DNA of 64,000 nt from an uncultured Chloroflexia bacterium (GCA_963813535.1 CAWEZH010000003.1:128001-192000); one strand, 5' to 3'; shown: positions 31,790 through 42,313, numbered from the stretch's first letter. The notes: generated by a model not told the origin, from the letters alone. Translations and numbers: made by a program.

Positions 31790-33232
31790 TCAGGTCACGC
31801 CGGCGCTCGCTGCCCGAACGTTCTCGGTCTCGCCGCCGACTTCGTCCCAGATCCGCACGTCCTTGGTCTCGCGGATGAACCGCCAGCCGATGAACGCGGT
31901 GATCAAGGCCACCACGATCGGGTAGATCAACCCGGCGTAGATGTTGCCGGTCGCGGCGAACAAGGTCGCCGCGATGAGCGGCAGGAACCCGCCGAACCAG
32001 CCGTTGCCGATGTGGTACGGGATCGACAGCGAGGTGTACCGGATCCGCGCCGAGAAGAACTCCACGAGGAACGCGGCGATCGGTCCGTACACCATCGTCA
32101 CGTAGAAGACCTGGATCCACACGAGCGCGGTCAGCAGCGGGACGTTGGGGTCGGCGCTGATATAGGTCGACGTGATGAGCGGGTCGGTCTTGGGGTTCAG
32201 GACCGGGTTCGCGGCCGAGAACATCAGGTTGTAGATCGGGAAGTAGGTCAGCGCCGCCACCAGGCAGCCACCGAGGATGATCGGTTTGCGTCCGATCCGG
32301 TCGGACAGGCGCCCGAAGATGATGAAGAACGGCGTGGCCAGCACGATGGCGGTCCCGACGATGACGTACGCCGTGCTGAACTTCACACCCAGGATGTTCT
32401 GCATGAAGAACAGCGCCTGGAACTGACCCTGGTACCACACCACCGCCTGACCGGCGGTCATCCCGAAGAGCGCGAGCAGGATCAGCCTGCGGTTCTTCGG
32501 ATCGCCGAAGCTCTCCCGCCACGGCGACGACGACGAGCGGCCCTCGGCCTTGAGCTGCGAGAACAGCGGCGTTTCCTGCAGCCGGAGCCGGATGATCAGC
32601 GCCAGCACGACAAGGACAGCCGAGAGGATGAACGGGATGCGCCAGCCGTATTCGCGGAAGGCGACATCGCCCATCGTGAGCCGGAAGAACAGGATCACGA
32701 CCAGCGCGAGCAGCAGGCCGACGGTCGCCGTCGTCTGGATCCAGCTCGTGTACTTGCCACGCTCGTGATCGGGCGCGTGCTCCGCGACGTAGATCGCCGC
32801 GCCGCCGTATTCCCCACCGAGGGCCAGCCCCTGGAGCAGGCGCAGGAACACGAGGAGGATCGGCGCAAGGATGCCGATCTGCGCGTAGGTCGGCAGGAAA
32901 CCGACGGCAGCGGTCGCGATGCCCATCAGGCTGATCGTCACGAGGAACGTGAACTTGCGACCGATGATGTCACCGACACGACCGAAGACCGCCGCGCCGA
33001 AGGGTCGGACGGCGAAGCCGGCACCGAACGTCGCGAGCGATGACAGCAGGGCAGCGACCTCGTTCCCGGGCGGGAAGAACTGCGTCGCGAAGAACGCGGC
33101 GAGGACGCCATACAGATAGAAGTCGTACCACTCGATCACGGTGCCGGCAGCGGATGCCGTGATCACGAATGGCAACTTGTAGCGGTAGGTCGCGGCCTCG
33201 GCCGCGGGGACCGGGGTGGCGGTCGTAGCCAA
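31790..33232 (-). CDS. MFS transporter, metabolite:H+ symporter family
   Basis: GTVIEWYDF, RPFGA..FGRVGDIIGRK, QGLALGGEYGGA and WRIPF. TTG start with a GGAGGAGG RBS. Confidence 0.92.
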   Translation of the reverse strand: MATTATPVPAAEAATYRYKLPFVITASAAGTVIEWYDFYLYGVLAAFFATQFFPPGNEVAALLSSLATFGAGFAVRPFGAAVFGRVGDIIGRKFTFLVTISLMGIATAAVGFLPTYAQIGILAPILLVFLRLLQGLALGGEYGGAAIYVAEHAPDHERGKYTSWIQTTATVGLLLALVVILFFRLTMGDVAFREYGWRIPFILSAVLVVLALIIRLRLQETPLFSQLKAEGRSSSSPWRESFGDPKNRRLILLALFGMTAGQAVVWYQGQFQALFFMQNILGVKFSTAYVIVGTAIVLATPFFIIFGRLSDRIGRKPIILGGCLVAALTYFPIYNLMFSAANPVLNPKTDPLITSTYISADPNVPLLTALVWIQVFYVTMVYGPIAAFLVEFFSARIRYTSLSIPYHIGNGWFGGFLPLIAATLFAATGNIYAGLIYPIVVALITAFIGWRFIRETKDVRIWDEVGGETENVRAASAGVT

Positions 33233-33493
33233 GGGATCCCTCCTCCATGACGCCCGGAAGACCGGGCGAGGGCGTACACGGGGAGCGCGCTCGGTCAGGG
33301 CACGCGGGAGCGCATCAGGCTCGGACGACTCACCTCCCCTCGGGTTCGGGGACGCAAGGGCGGGGGACCCTTGGGGTCGAGCCGATGCAACGGCGTGCCA
33401 CCCAGCGGTGGCATGACATCAGACGCGTCGGACCCTTGCATTCATGTAGCAAACCGGTTAGGCCCGCCGGCCCTCACACGCCGCAGTGGTCGG

Positions 33494-33523
33494 TTGACAC
33501 CCGCCGTGCGGTCGCCGGACACT
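33494..33523 (+). promoter_or_regulatory. Putative sigma70 promoter of the BMP ABC operon
   Basis: TTGACA-N18-GACACT. Confidence 0.5.
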
Positions 33524-33641
33524 GCCGCCACCGTTGCGTCCGGACACCGCGCCCTAGCCCGCCGAAGGACGACCCGTCCTGGACGCCTTCGCGCTGACCG
33601 TCCGAGGGACGTCATCGCGGCGCACGAGGCAGGAGGACGCC

Positions 33642-34760
33642 ATGCTCGGTCATCGTCGCCAACCGTCCATCGTCGGGCCGAAGAGCCACGCGCTCAACCT
33701 CGCGATGTTCGCCATCGTCGCCCTGCTGGTCGCCGCGTGCGGGACCACCACCGCACCCAGCGCCTCCCAGCCCGGCGCCAGCGCCTCAGCAGCCGCCCCG
33801 AGCGAGGCCGCCAGTCCGTCCGTCGCGGGCAAGCTGGCTGTCTTCGGCGCGTTCGCGACCGAGATCGAGGAGCCGTGGGACGGCGTCATCCACAGCGCGC
33901 TCGAAGACGAGAAGGCCGCAGGTCGCGTCGACTACCAGTTCACCGACGCGATCGGGTATTCGGGCGACATGGAGCGCGTCCTGCGCGAGGTCGCGGAACG
34001 CGATCAGCCGGCGGTCATCTTCGGCGACGCCTTCGGCAACGAGGAGGCCGTGCGCCGAGTGGCGGCTGAGTATCCGGAGATCGCCTTCGTATTCGGCTCG
34101 GGCGGCGGTCCGGCCGAACCGAACTTCTCGGTGTTCGACAACTGGATCCACGAGCCGGCGTACCTCGCCGGGATGCTGGCCGGCGGCCTGACGAAGTCGA
34201 ACACGCTCGGAGTCGTCGGAGGCTACCCGGTACCGGAGGTCAACCGTATCGTCAACGCCTTCATCGGGGGCGCGAAGGAAGTCAATCCCGACGTCGAGGT
34301 GAAGGTGACGTTCCTGAACAGCTGGTTCGATCCCGCGGCGGCCAAGGAGGCGGCGCTGGCCCAGGTCGGGGCCGGGGCGGACGTGCTCTTCGCCGAGCGG
34401 TTCGGGGTCATCGAGGCGGCCTCCGAGAACGATCTGCTCGCGATCGGCAACATGAGCGACCAGAAGGAGCTCGCGCCGCAGCACGTGGTGAGCAGCGTCA
34501 CCTGGAACATGACGCCCACCGTCGGATATGTGATCGACCAGGTCATGGCGGGGGCCTACACCGCTCAGGATCTGAAGGATTTCAGCATGGTGGCCAAGGG
34601 TGGCGCCGCCCTCGCGGCGGTCAACGACGCGGTGACCGGTGGCGTGCCGGCCGATCTATTGACGAAGGTCCAGGACAAGGAGGCCGCGATCAAATCCGGC
34701 ACGTTCCGCGTCGACATCAACGAAGCCACGCCCCCGGGAGCGACCGTCCCGGCCGGTTGA
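33642..34760 (+). CDS. BMP family ABC substrate-binding lipoprotein (nucleoside/purine type)
   Basis: Lipobox VAAC, AYLAGMLAG, GVVGGYPVPEV and SWFDPAAAKEAA. Confidence 0.92.
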   Translation: MLGHRRQPSIVGPKSHALNLAMFAIVALLVAACGTTTAPSASQPGASASAAAPSEAASPSVAGKLAVFGAFATEIEEPWDGVIHSALEDEKAAGRVDYQFTDAIGYSGDMERVLREVAERDQPAVIFGDAFGNEEAVRRVAAEYPEIAFVFGSGGGPAEPNFSVFDNWIHEPAYLAGMLAGGLTKSNTLGVVGGYPVPEVNRIVNAFIGGAKEVNPDVEVKVTFLNSWFDPAAAKEAALAQVGAGADVLFAERFGVIEAASENDLLAIGNMSDQKELAPQHVVSSVTWNMTPTVGYVIDQVMAGAYTAQDLKDFSMVAKGGAALAAVNDAVTGGVPADLLTKVQDKEAAIKSGTFRVDINEATPPGATVPAG

Positions 34761-34787
34761 CCATCCGGCTGGCCCCCTGACCGGGAC

Positions 34788-36314
34788 GTGATGCCGGCTG
34801 CCCCGGCGCCGCCGCTCGTCGAGCTCCGGGGCATCACCAAGCGCTTTGGGCGCCTCGTCGCCAACGACCGCGTCGATCTGGTGATCCGACGCGGCGAGGT
34901 GCACGCCCTCCTCGGCGAGAACGGGGCGGGCAAGACGACCCTGATGCGGATCCTCTATGGCCTGACGACGGCCGATGCCGGTGACATCCTCGTCGATGGC
35001 CGACCCATCGCAATCCGGTCACCGCGGGACGCCATCGCGGCCGGCATCGGCATGGTGACCCAGCACTTCTCGCTGGTCCGACCGATGACCGTCGCCGAGA
35101 ATCTGGCCCTCGGGCGTGCGTCGTTCCGCTACGACGAGGGTGCGGCGCGGGCGCGGGTCAGCGAGGTCTCGGCGCGCTACGGCATCTCGGTGGATCCGGC
35201 GCGGCGGGTCGCGGACCTGTCGATCGGAGAGCAGCAGCGGGTCGAGATCCTGAAGGCACTGGCCCGTGACTGTCGTGTGCTCGTGCTCGACGAGCCCACC
35301 GCGGTGCTTGTGCCGCAGGAGGTCACGGCACTGTTCGCCACGCTGGAGCGGCTCGTCGCCGACGGCCTCGGTGTGGTCTTCATCAGCCACAAGCTGGGCG
35401 AGGTTCGGGCCATCAGCGACCGGGTGAGCGTGCTGCGCAAGGGATCGTTGGTGGGCACGGCATCCGGGACCGCCGACGAGCGCGAGCTGGCACGCATGAT
35501 GATCGGGCGTCCGATGACCGGCGTCCGGCGGAGCGGAGACGTTGCGGTCGAGGCGGAACGGCCGCTCCTGGTGGTGCGCGACCTCCAGGTCAGGGGATCG
35601 GGTGTCGACGCGCTGCGGTCGGTCTCGTTCGACGTCGCGCCGGGCGAGATCCTCGGGGTCGCGGGTGTGTCGGGCAACGGCCAGACCGAGCTGGTCGACG
35701 TGCTGGCGGGAATGCGCCGTCCAGATGGTGGTTCGGTCCTCGTCGACGACGTCGAGCTCGCTGGCGCCCAGCCCGGGAAGGTGGTCGCCGCCGGGGTGGG
35801 CCGGATCCCGGAGGATCGCCATGCCTCGCTGGTACCGGACCTGTCCGTTGCGCTCAATCTGGTCCTCGAGCGCATCGACGACTTCGGTGGCTGGGGTCGC
35901 CTCGACGAGCGCGGCATCCGGGAGCACGCCGCCGACCTCATCGAGCGGTATTCGATCAGGGCCCGGCCCGAGGACCGGCTTGGGACGCTGTCGGGCGGCA
36001 ACGTGCAGAAGGTGCTCCTCGCCCGCGTGCTGTCGCGGGATCCGCGCGTCCTGATCGTCTCCCAGCCCACGCGCGGACTGGATGTCGGTGCGACGGAGTA
36101 CGTGCGTTCCGAGCTGCTCGCCCGGCGGGCAGCGGGCAGTGCCGTCCTGCTCGTGTCGGAGGACCTCGACGAGCTCCTTGCCCTTGCCGACCGCCTGATC
36201 GTGCTGTACGAGGGCCGGATCGTCGGCGAGATGCGCGCCGAGGACGCGGTCCCGGAGCGTCTCGGCCTGCTGATGGCGGGCCGTGCAGACGATCCCGACG
36301 GACGGGCTGCATGA
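34788..36314 (+). CDS. Nucleoside ABC transporter ATPase (two NBDs)
   Basis: GENGAGKT, LDEPTAVL, LSGGNVQK and QPTRGLDVGA. Confidence 0.95.
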   Translation: MMPAAPAPPLVELRGITKRFGRLVANDRVDLVIRRGEVHALLGENGAGKTTLMRILYGLTTADAGDILVDGRPIAIRSPRDAIAAGIGMVTQHFSLVRPMTVAENLALGRASFRYDEGAARARVSEVSARYGISVDPARRVADLSIGEQQRVEILKALARDCRVLVLDEPTAVLVPQEVTALFATLERLVADGLGVVFISHKLGEVRAISDRVSVLRKGSLVGTASGTADERELARMMIGRPMTGVRRSGDVAVEAERPLLVVRDLQVRGSGVDALRSVSFDVAPGEILGVAGVSGNGQTELVDVLAGMRRPDGGSVLVDDVELAGAQPGKVVAAGVGRIPEDRHASLVPDLSVALNLVLERIDDFGGWGRLDERGIREHAADLIERYSIRARPEDRLGTLSGGNVQKVLLARVLSRDPRVLIVSQPTRGLDVGATEYVRSELLARRAAGSAVLLVSEDLDELLALADRLIVLYEGRIVGEMRAEDAVPERLGLLMAGRADDPDGRAA

Positions 36315-37498
36315 CCGTCGCCATCGGGGGCATGCGAAGCGTCCGCTGGCGCGCCCTGGTCTGGTCGACACCGGGGCTGGCGCTCATGGCTCTGGTCATC
36401 ACGTTCCTGCTGACGGCCGGAGCTATCGCTCTCGCCGGAGCCGACCCCCTCACCGCCTATGCCGAGTTCCTCATCGTGCCCCTGACCTCGCGGTTCTCGG
36501 TCCTCGAGGTCCTCGTCGCATCGACGCCGATCCTCCTCACGGGCGCGGCGGTCGCGCTCGCATTCCGCGGCGGCTACTGGAACATCGGTGCCGAGGGACA
36601 GCTGCTCGTCGGAGCGATCATGGCAGCGGCGGTCGGGCAGATCGCGGGACTGCCCCAGGTCGTGGCCGTGCCGCTCATGATCCTGGGCGGTGCGATAGGC
36701 GGGGCGTTGTGGGCGCTCGGTCCGGCGTTGTTGCGCGTGCGCTTCGGGATCGACGAGGTCGTGACCACGCTCCTCCTCAACCCGGTCGCGCTGCTGCTTG
36801 TCAACGCGCTGCTTCACGGCCCGTGGCGCGACCCGGTCTCGGGGTTCCCGGAATCGCCACGGATCGCCGAGGCGGCTGAGTTCCCCCAGCTGCTCGAGCG
36901 ATCGCGGCTCCATCTTGGGTTCCTCGTGGCCCTCATGGTCGTCACCATGGTCGGGTACATCGTGGGGCGGACACCGGCCGGACTCCGGCTGCGAGCCGTC
37001 GGCCTGAGCCCGCACGGCGCACGGTTCGCCGGGATCGATGTCGGTCGGACGCTGCTCCTGACGGCCCTCGCGAGCGGAGCCATCGCCGGGATCGCCGGCG
37101 TCGGCGAGGTGGCCGGGATCCAGTTCCGGCTGACTTCGGGGCTCTCGCCGGGCTACGGCTACACAGGGATCGTGGTGGCGACCCTCGGCGGTCTCACGAT
37201 GCCCGGCGTCACTGTGGCCGCACTCTTGCTCGGGGACCTATCGGTCGGAGCGAGCTCCGCGGGCCGAGCGCTCGGGATCCCGTCGCAGCTCGGGGCCGTC
37301 GTCCAGGGCACGCTCCTGCTCGTGACGATCGCCCTGCTCGCGATCCGGCGCAACCGTCTGGTCGGTTCGGCGCTCACCTCGGAGGGGGCCGGCGTCGCGG
37401 CTGACGCGGTCGCGGCAGACATGGCGGTGCCACCGCTCGAGCTCGACGAGATGGATGCCGCGCCTTCCGCCGTCGCCGGGGACGATCCCGTCCGATGA
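36311..37498 (+). CDS. Nucleoside ABC transporter permease
   Basis: WNIGAEGQ, EVVTTLLLN and GYGYTGIVVA. Confidence 0.93.
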   Translation: MTVAIGGMRSVRWRALVWSTPGLALMALVITFLLTAGAIALAGADPLTAYAEFLIVPLTSRFSVLEVLVASTPILLTGAAVALAFRGGYWNIGAEGQLLVGAIMAAAVGQIAGLPQVVAVPLMILGGAIGGALWALGPALLRVRFGIDEVVTTLLLNPVALLLVNALLHGPWRDPVSGFPESPRIAEAAEFPQLLERSRLHLGFLVALMVVTMVGYIVGRTPAGLRLRAVGLSPHGARFAGIDVGRTLLLTALASGAIAGIAGVGEVAGIQFRLTSGLSPGYGYTGIVVATLGGLTMPGVTVAALLLGDLSVGASSAGRALGIPSQLGAVVQGTLLLVTIALLAIRRNRLVGSALTSEGAGVAADAVAADMAVPPLELDEMDAAPSAVAGDDPVR

Positions 37499-38409
37499 CG
37501 TTCTTCGTCGACCTCATCGCAGCCACCTTGCGCAACGCGACCCCGCTGGTTTACGGCGGAGTCGGCGAGACCTTCACGGAGCGTGCCGGGGTCCTCAATC
37601 TCGGAATCGAGGGGACGATGTACGCCGGGGCCTTCACCGGCTTCGCAGTCGCCTATGCGAGTGGCTCACTGCTCCTCGGGCTGACTGCCGCGATCGTCGT
37701 CGGCCTGCTCGCAGGTGGGCTGATGGCGCTGCTCACCGTGACGCTCGGGGCCAACCAGCACGTCTCGGGCATCGGCCTGACGATCGGGTTGATCGGCCTG
37801 TCAGAGTTCGCGAACCGGCTCATCTTCGGTGGCACCGAACTCGTGCGGATCGATCCGTTCCCCGCGCTCGAAGCCCCCGCCGCCCTCGGCCCGCTCGCAC
37901 CGGTATTCAGCCAGTACGGCCTGACATGGCTGGCGTTCCTGGTGGTGGTCCCGGCCGCGTGGTGGTTGCTGAATCGGTCCTCCTTCGGTCTCGATGTGCG
38001 CGCCGTCGGCGAGAATCCGGAGGCCGCGGACGCCGCAGGGATCCGCGTGGGGCTGACCCGGTACCTCGCGCTCATGCTCGGTGGTGCCTTGATGGCCATC
38101 GGTGGAGCATTCATCACCCTCGCGCTCCTCGGCAGCTTCACGCTCGACATCATCGCCGGGCGCGGGTGGGTCGCCGTCGCGCTCGTGATCTTCGGTCGCT
38201 GGCGCATCATGCGGGTGGTCGGCGGTGCGCTCCTGTTCGCGGCGGTCTATTCGCTCCAGCTCCGCCTCAGGATCCTCCCGGGCTTCGGAGAGATCCCCTT
38301 CGAGCTGCTGCTCGCTCTTCCGTATCTTGTGGTCATCGCCGCGCTGGCGATCTCGGGCCGCAACGTCGCCTACCCGGGTGCATATCTGAAGCCATACCGC
38401 CGAAGCTGA
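37495..38409 (+). CDS. Nucleoside ABC transporter permease
   Basis: ERAGVLNLGIEG, RAVGENP and AGRGWVAVALV. Confidence 0.93.
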   Translation: MTFFVDLIAATLRNATPLVYGGVGETFTERAGVLNLGIEGTMYAGAFTGFAVAYASGSLLLGLTAAIVVGLLAGGLMALLTVTLGANQHVSGIGLTIGLIGLSEFANRLIFGGTELVRIDPFPALEAPAALGPLAPVFSQYGLTWLAFLVVVPAAWWLLNRSSFGLDVRAVGENPEAADAAGIRVGLTRYLALMLGGALMAIGGAFITLALLGSFTLDIIAGRGWVAVALVIFGRWRIMRVVGGALLFAAVYSLQLRLRILPGFGEIPFELLLALPYLVVIAALAISGRNVAYPGAYLKPYRRS

Positions 38410-38416
38410 GGACGCC

Positions 38417-38863
38417 ATGACCGACCAGGAGTACCTCGCCGTCGCGATCGAGCAGGCGCGTGCCGGCCGTGATGAAGGCGGCGTGCCGATCGGGGCGGCC
38501 CTCGTGGTCGATGGACAGGTCGTCGGCACCGGCCACAACCGACGCGTCCAAATGGGGAGCGCGATCCGGCACGGTGAGACCGACGCGCTGGAGGAGGCGG
38601 GCCGCCTGTCGGCGGCGGTCTACCGGCGCGCGACGATGTACACGACCCTCTCGCCCTGCGACATGTGCACGGGCGCGATCCTGCTGTACGGCATCCCGCG
38701 GGTCGTCATCGGCGAGAACCGCACGTTCCTCGGCGCCGAGGACCTGCTTCGATCCCGGGGCGTCGAGGTCGTGAACCTCGATTCCGCCGCGTGCAAGGCC
38801 TTGATGGACGAATTCATCGCGGCCCATCCCGACATCTGGAACGAGGATATCGGCGAGACGTAG
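38417..38863 (+). CDS. CDA-fold (yeast Fcy1-like) cytosine/nucleoside deaminase
   Basis: EGGVPIGA, HGE, TTLSPCDMC and WNEDIGE. Confidence 0.9.
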   Translation: MTDQEYLAVAIEQARAGRDEGGVPIGAALVVDGQVVGTGHNRRVQMGSAIRHGETDALEEAGRLSAAVYRRATMYTTLSPCDMCTGAILLYGIPRVVIGENRTFLGAEDLLRSRGVEVVNLDSAACKALMDEFIAAHPDIWNEDIGET

Positions 38864-38914
38864 GCATGCTCGGCGCGTTCGGCGGCGAAGGACCGTCGGC
38901 TACACTCCCGCACG

Positions 38915-39934
38915 ATGACGACCGAGATCCTCCCAGCGCCGTCACCCGTGGAGGCGTCTGCCCCGCGGCCGCGGATCTTCTCGGGTATCCAGCCCTCGGG
39001 CGCGCCCCACATCGGCAACGACCTGGGCGCCATCCGCAACTACGTGAAGCTCCAGTGGGAGTACGAGGCGATCTACTGCATCGTCGACTACCACGCGCTG
39101 ACGAGCCTCCACGATCCGGATCGACTCCGGCGGCAGACGCGCGAGATGGCGGCCGGGCTGCTCGCGCTGGGTCTCGATCCCGAGCGCTGCACGCTCTTCG
39201 TCCAGAGCCATCGACCGGAGTGCACCGAGCTCGCCTGGCTGCTCGCCACCGTCACGCCGGTCAGCTGGCTGGAGCGCACGCCGACGTACAAGGAGAAGCG
39301 CGAGAACCAGCCCGACGACATCAATCACGGCCTGCTGACGTACCCGGTGCTCCAGGCTGCAGACATCATCCTGTACAAGGCCTCGCTGGTCCCCGTCGGC
39401 AAGGACCAGGCAGCCCATCTCGAGCTGTCGCGCGAGATCGTGCGGTCCTTCAACAACCGCTACGGCGAGGTCTTCCCTGAGCCCCAGGCGGTCTTCACCG
39501 AGGCACCGATCGTGCTCGGAACGGATGGCGTCCGAAAGATGAGCAAGTCCCTCGGCAACACCATCGACATCTTTGCCCCCGAAGATGTCATCAGGAAGCA
39601 GATCATGTCGATGGTCACCGACACCAAGCGGATCCTCCGGACCGACCCGGGTCGCCCAGAGGTCTGCAACGTGTGCCAGCTCCACCGCTCGTTCGGTGAC
39701 GACTACGAGGAGATCTGGGATGGCGAGCGGACGGCGCGCACCGGTTGCGTCGACACGAAGAAGCTCCTCGCCGACCGCGTCCTCGCGCGCTACGCAGACG
39801 CCCGCCAGCGCTACGGCGAGCTGATGGCCGACCCCGCCCGTATCGATCGCATCCTCGCGGATGGGGCCGAGCGCATCCGCCCGATCGCCCAGGCGACGAT
39901 GGACGAGGTCCATCACAAGATGGGGCTGCGCTGA
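38915..39934 (+). CDS. trpS: Tryptophan-tRNA ligase
   Basis: FSGIQPSG, HIGN, YPVLQAADI, VPVGKDQ and KMSKS. Confidence 0.97.
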   Translation: MTTEILPAPSPVEASAPRPRIFSGIQPSGAPHIGNDLGAIRNYVKLQWEYEAIYCIVDYHALTSLHDPDRLRRQTREMAAGLLALGLDPERCTLFVQSHRPECTELAWLLATVTPVSWLERTPTYKEKRENQPDDINHGLLTYPVLQAADIILYKASLVPVGKDQAAHLELSREIVRSFNNRYGEVFPEPQAVFTEAPIVLGTDGVRKMSKSLGNTIDIFAPEDVIRKQIMSMVTDTKRILRTDPGRPEVCNVCQLHRSFGDDYEEIWDGERTARTGCVDTKKLLADRVLARYADARQRYGELMADPARIDRILADGAERIRPIAQATMDEVHHKMGLR

Positions 39935-39941
39935 GGCGGAC

Positions 39942-41132
39942 ATGGCCGACGCGATCGCACCCGGGGGTCGCGACCGCCGGCTCCTGAGCGCCATCCTCGT
40001 GCTCGGGACGATCGTCCTGTTCTTCGTGGCCGTCAACCTGGCCGCGTCGGCGATCGGGTACTTCGGCGATGTCCTGCTGGCGTTCTTCCTCGCGTGGCTG
40101 CTGGCATTCATCATCAGCCCGGTCGTCTCGCGCAGCGTCAACCTGATCCCACGCCTGCCGCGCGTCCTCGCGACCGTGCTCGTCTATACGCTGATCGTCG
40201 CGGTCCTCGTCTTCCTCGTCCTGGTCATCGCCCAGGCGCTGTCGAACTCGATCACGCAGTTCGCCGCGTCCCTGCCGGAGATCCGCGGCAACATCACGAT
40301 CATCGTCCTGCCGATGCAGACATGGCTCGACTCGATCGGGCTGGGCCAGGTCGATCTCTCGACGCAGGCACTGGCGGTGATCGACAACCTCGACGAGTTC
40401 GCGGGGCAGCTCATCGTCCCGCTCCAGTCGGTCGCCGTCGCCAGCCTCGGGGCCATCGGCACGATGCTGATCGTGTTCATCCTGTCGATCTACATGGTCA
40501 TCGACCGCGACCAGATCATGGCCTTCCTCTTCCGTCTCGTGCCGCCGGCATACGCCGAGGAGGCACGACTCCTGCAGACGTCCGTGGCGCGGTCCTTCGG
40601 CGGCTTCCTGCGCGGTCAGGCGTTCATGGGCATCGTGTACTTCGGCGTGGCGCTGCTGACCCACGCGATCCTCGGGCTCGAGCTGACGGCCCTCTCGGCG
40701 ACGTCGGCCGGTGTCCTGATGGCCATCCCGTTCTTCGGGCCGTTCTTCGCCTGGGCCCCACCGGTCCTCGTCGCACTGTTCACCAAGCCGGACGCGGTGC
40801 TGCCGGCGATCGTGCTGATGGGTGCTGGCTGGGTGGTCGTGATGAACGCGCTCCAGCCGCGGATCATGCAGGGCGCCGTGGGGATCCACCCCATCGTGGT
40901 CCTCGGCTCCGTGCTCATCGGGTCGAAGATCGCCGGCATCCCTGGGGCGATCTTCGGGATCCCCGTCGCGGCTGTCGTGTCGTCATTCTTCTTCCACTTC
41001 CTGCATCTGTCGGCCGGCGATCGGACCGTGGCCGGCCGGGCCGCGAAGCGCCTCAGCGAACGCGAGGGGCGATCGGTCCAGGTGCCCCGCGAGCCGGCGC
41101 CCGGCCAGGCAACCGACGTACCCGAACCATGA
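39942..41132 (+). CDS. AI-2E (PerM) family transporter
   Basis: LAFIISPVV, FLRGQ, IPFFGP, QPRIMQGAVGIHP and GAIFGIPVAA. Confidence 0.92.
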   Translation: MADAIAPGGRDRRLLSAILVLGTIVLFFVAVNLAASAIGYFGDVLLAFFLAWLLAFIISPVVSRSVNLIPRLPRVLATVLVYTLIVAVLVFLVLVIAQALSNSITQFAASLPEIRGNITIIVLPMQTWLDSIGLGQVDLSTQALAVIDNLDEFAGQLIVPLQSVAVASLGAIGTMLIVFILSIYMVIDRDQIMAFLFRLVPPAYAEEARLLQTSVARSFGGFLRGQAFMGIVYFGVALLTHAILGLELTALSATSAGVLMAIPFFGPFFAWAPPVLVALFTKPDAVLPAIVLMGAGWVVVMNALQPRIMQGAVGIHPIVVLGSVLIGSKIAGIPGAIFGIPVAAVVSSFFFHFLHLSAGDRTVAGRAAKRLSEREGRSVQVPREPAPGQATDVPEP

Positions 41133-42313
41133 GCGACGACCCGACCGCGCCACCCGACGTCTCGACACCCAAGGAGGCCGAGGCTGCGCGCGACGAAGTA
41201 CCCGACATGACGCGGGAACGCGCCCGGACCGAGCGGCGCGACCTCGACAAGGAGCGTGGCGAGCCGCTGGCCGGTGGGGCGGCCCGTGGTGGCCCACGCG
41301 CGCTGCGCACGCCGACCAGGCCCGTTCCTGAGTGGACCAGCAAGCCGCGCATCCTCGTCACCAACGACGACGGCGTCGAGTCGCGCGGCCTGCTCGCGCT
41401 CAAGCAGGCCATGGAGCCACTGGGCGAGGTCACGGTGGTGGCGCCGGACACGAACCAGAGCGCGGTCGGCCACCAGAAGACCCTGATGCGACCGCTGCGC
41501 GTCCGCGAGCGGACGCTCGCCGACGGCTCGCCTGCCTACTCGGTCGACGGCTCCCCCACCGACGCCGTCAGCCTCGCCTTCCTCGGCTATTTCAGCCACG
41601 GCTTCGATCTCGTGGCGTCGGGCATCAACTACGGCGCCAACCTCGGCGACGACATCACCTACTCGGGCACGGTCAGCGCGGCCATGGAGGCGGTCATCAA
41701 CTCGTGCCCCGCGTTCGCGATCTCGCAGGAGTACTACGAGCATCCCGACTTCACGCTCGCCGGGTACGCGGCGACCGTGGTGGCCCGCAACATCCTGACC
41801 GAGGGCCTGTCGCGCGGCGAGCTCGTCAATATCAACGTCCCGGCGGCAACGCTCGAGGAGACCGAGGGGTTCGAGGTGACCCGGCTGGGCCGGCGCGTGT
41901 ACTCCGACCAGCTCGTCGAGCGCCTCGATCCACGCGGCATCCCGTACTTCTGGATCGGCGGTCCGCCGCCGTCCGGTCTGGCGGTCCCCGGCACCGACTT
42001 CCATGCCGTGGTCAATCGACGGATCGCTGTGACACCCATCCACCTCGACCTCACGGGGCGGCGGCTGTTGCGTCGCCTGAAGACGTGGAGCTGGGACCTG
42101 CCGGCCAAGGGCGCGCGGGCGGAGGGGGCACCAGCCCGACGAGCCACCGGCCACGGCGTCGCCCGGCGAGGCGCCGGCCAACGCACGTCCATCGAAGCCG
42201 AGGAACCGCCGGCGTCGCTGACGCCGGGGCCCGTGGCGCGTACCATCGACCGCGTCCCCCAGCCGACACCGCGAACCCGGAGGCGCCGACCATGGACGAT
42301 CTCTCCAACCTGA
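41129..42313 (+). CDS. surE: 5'/3'-nucleotidase SurE with N- and C-terminal extensions (3' end uncertain)
   Basis: ILVTNDDG, VVAPDTNQS, DGSPTD, SGINYGANLG and YSGTVSAA. Confidence 0.92.
   Translation: MSDDPTAPPDVSTPKEAEAARDEVPDMTRERARTERRDLDKERGEPLAGGAARGGPRALRTPTRPVPEWTSKPRILVTNDDGVESRGLLALKQAMEPLGEVTVVAPDTNQSAVGHQKTLMRPLRVRERTLADGSPAYSVDGSPTDAVSLAFLGYFSHGFDLVASGINYGANLGDDITYSGTVSAAMEAVINSCPAFAISQEYYEHPDFTLAGYAATVVARNILTEGLSRGELVNINVPAATLEETEGFEVTRLGRRVYSDQLVERLDPRGIPYFWIGGPPPSGLAVPGTDFHAVVNRRIAVTPIHLDLTGRRLLRRLKTWSWDLPAKGARAEGAPARRATGHGVARRGAGQRTSIEAEEPPASLTPGPVARTIDRVPQPTPRTRRRRPWTISPT

Noticed and set aside
30354-32522. Apparent long N-terminal extensions or fusions in the ORF track (hom 722 aa, fabG 611 aa, surE 739 aa, BtuF 855 aa, membrane protein 611 aa)
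   Set aside because: The extensions are out-of-frame overlaps with neighbouring genes, and the real starts are internal.
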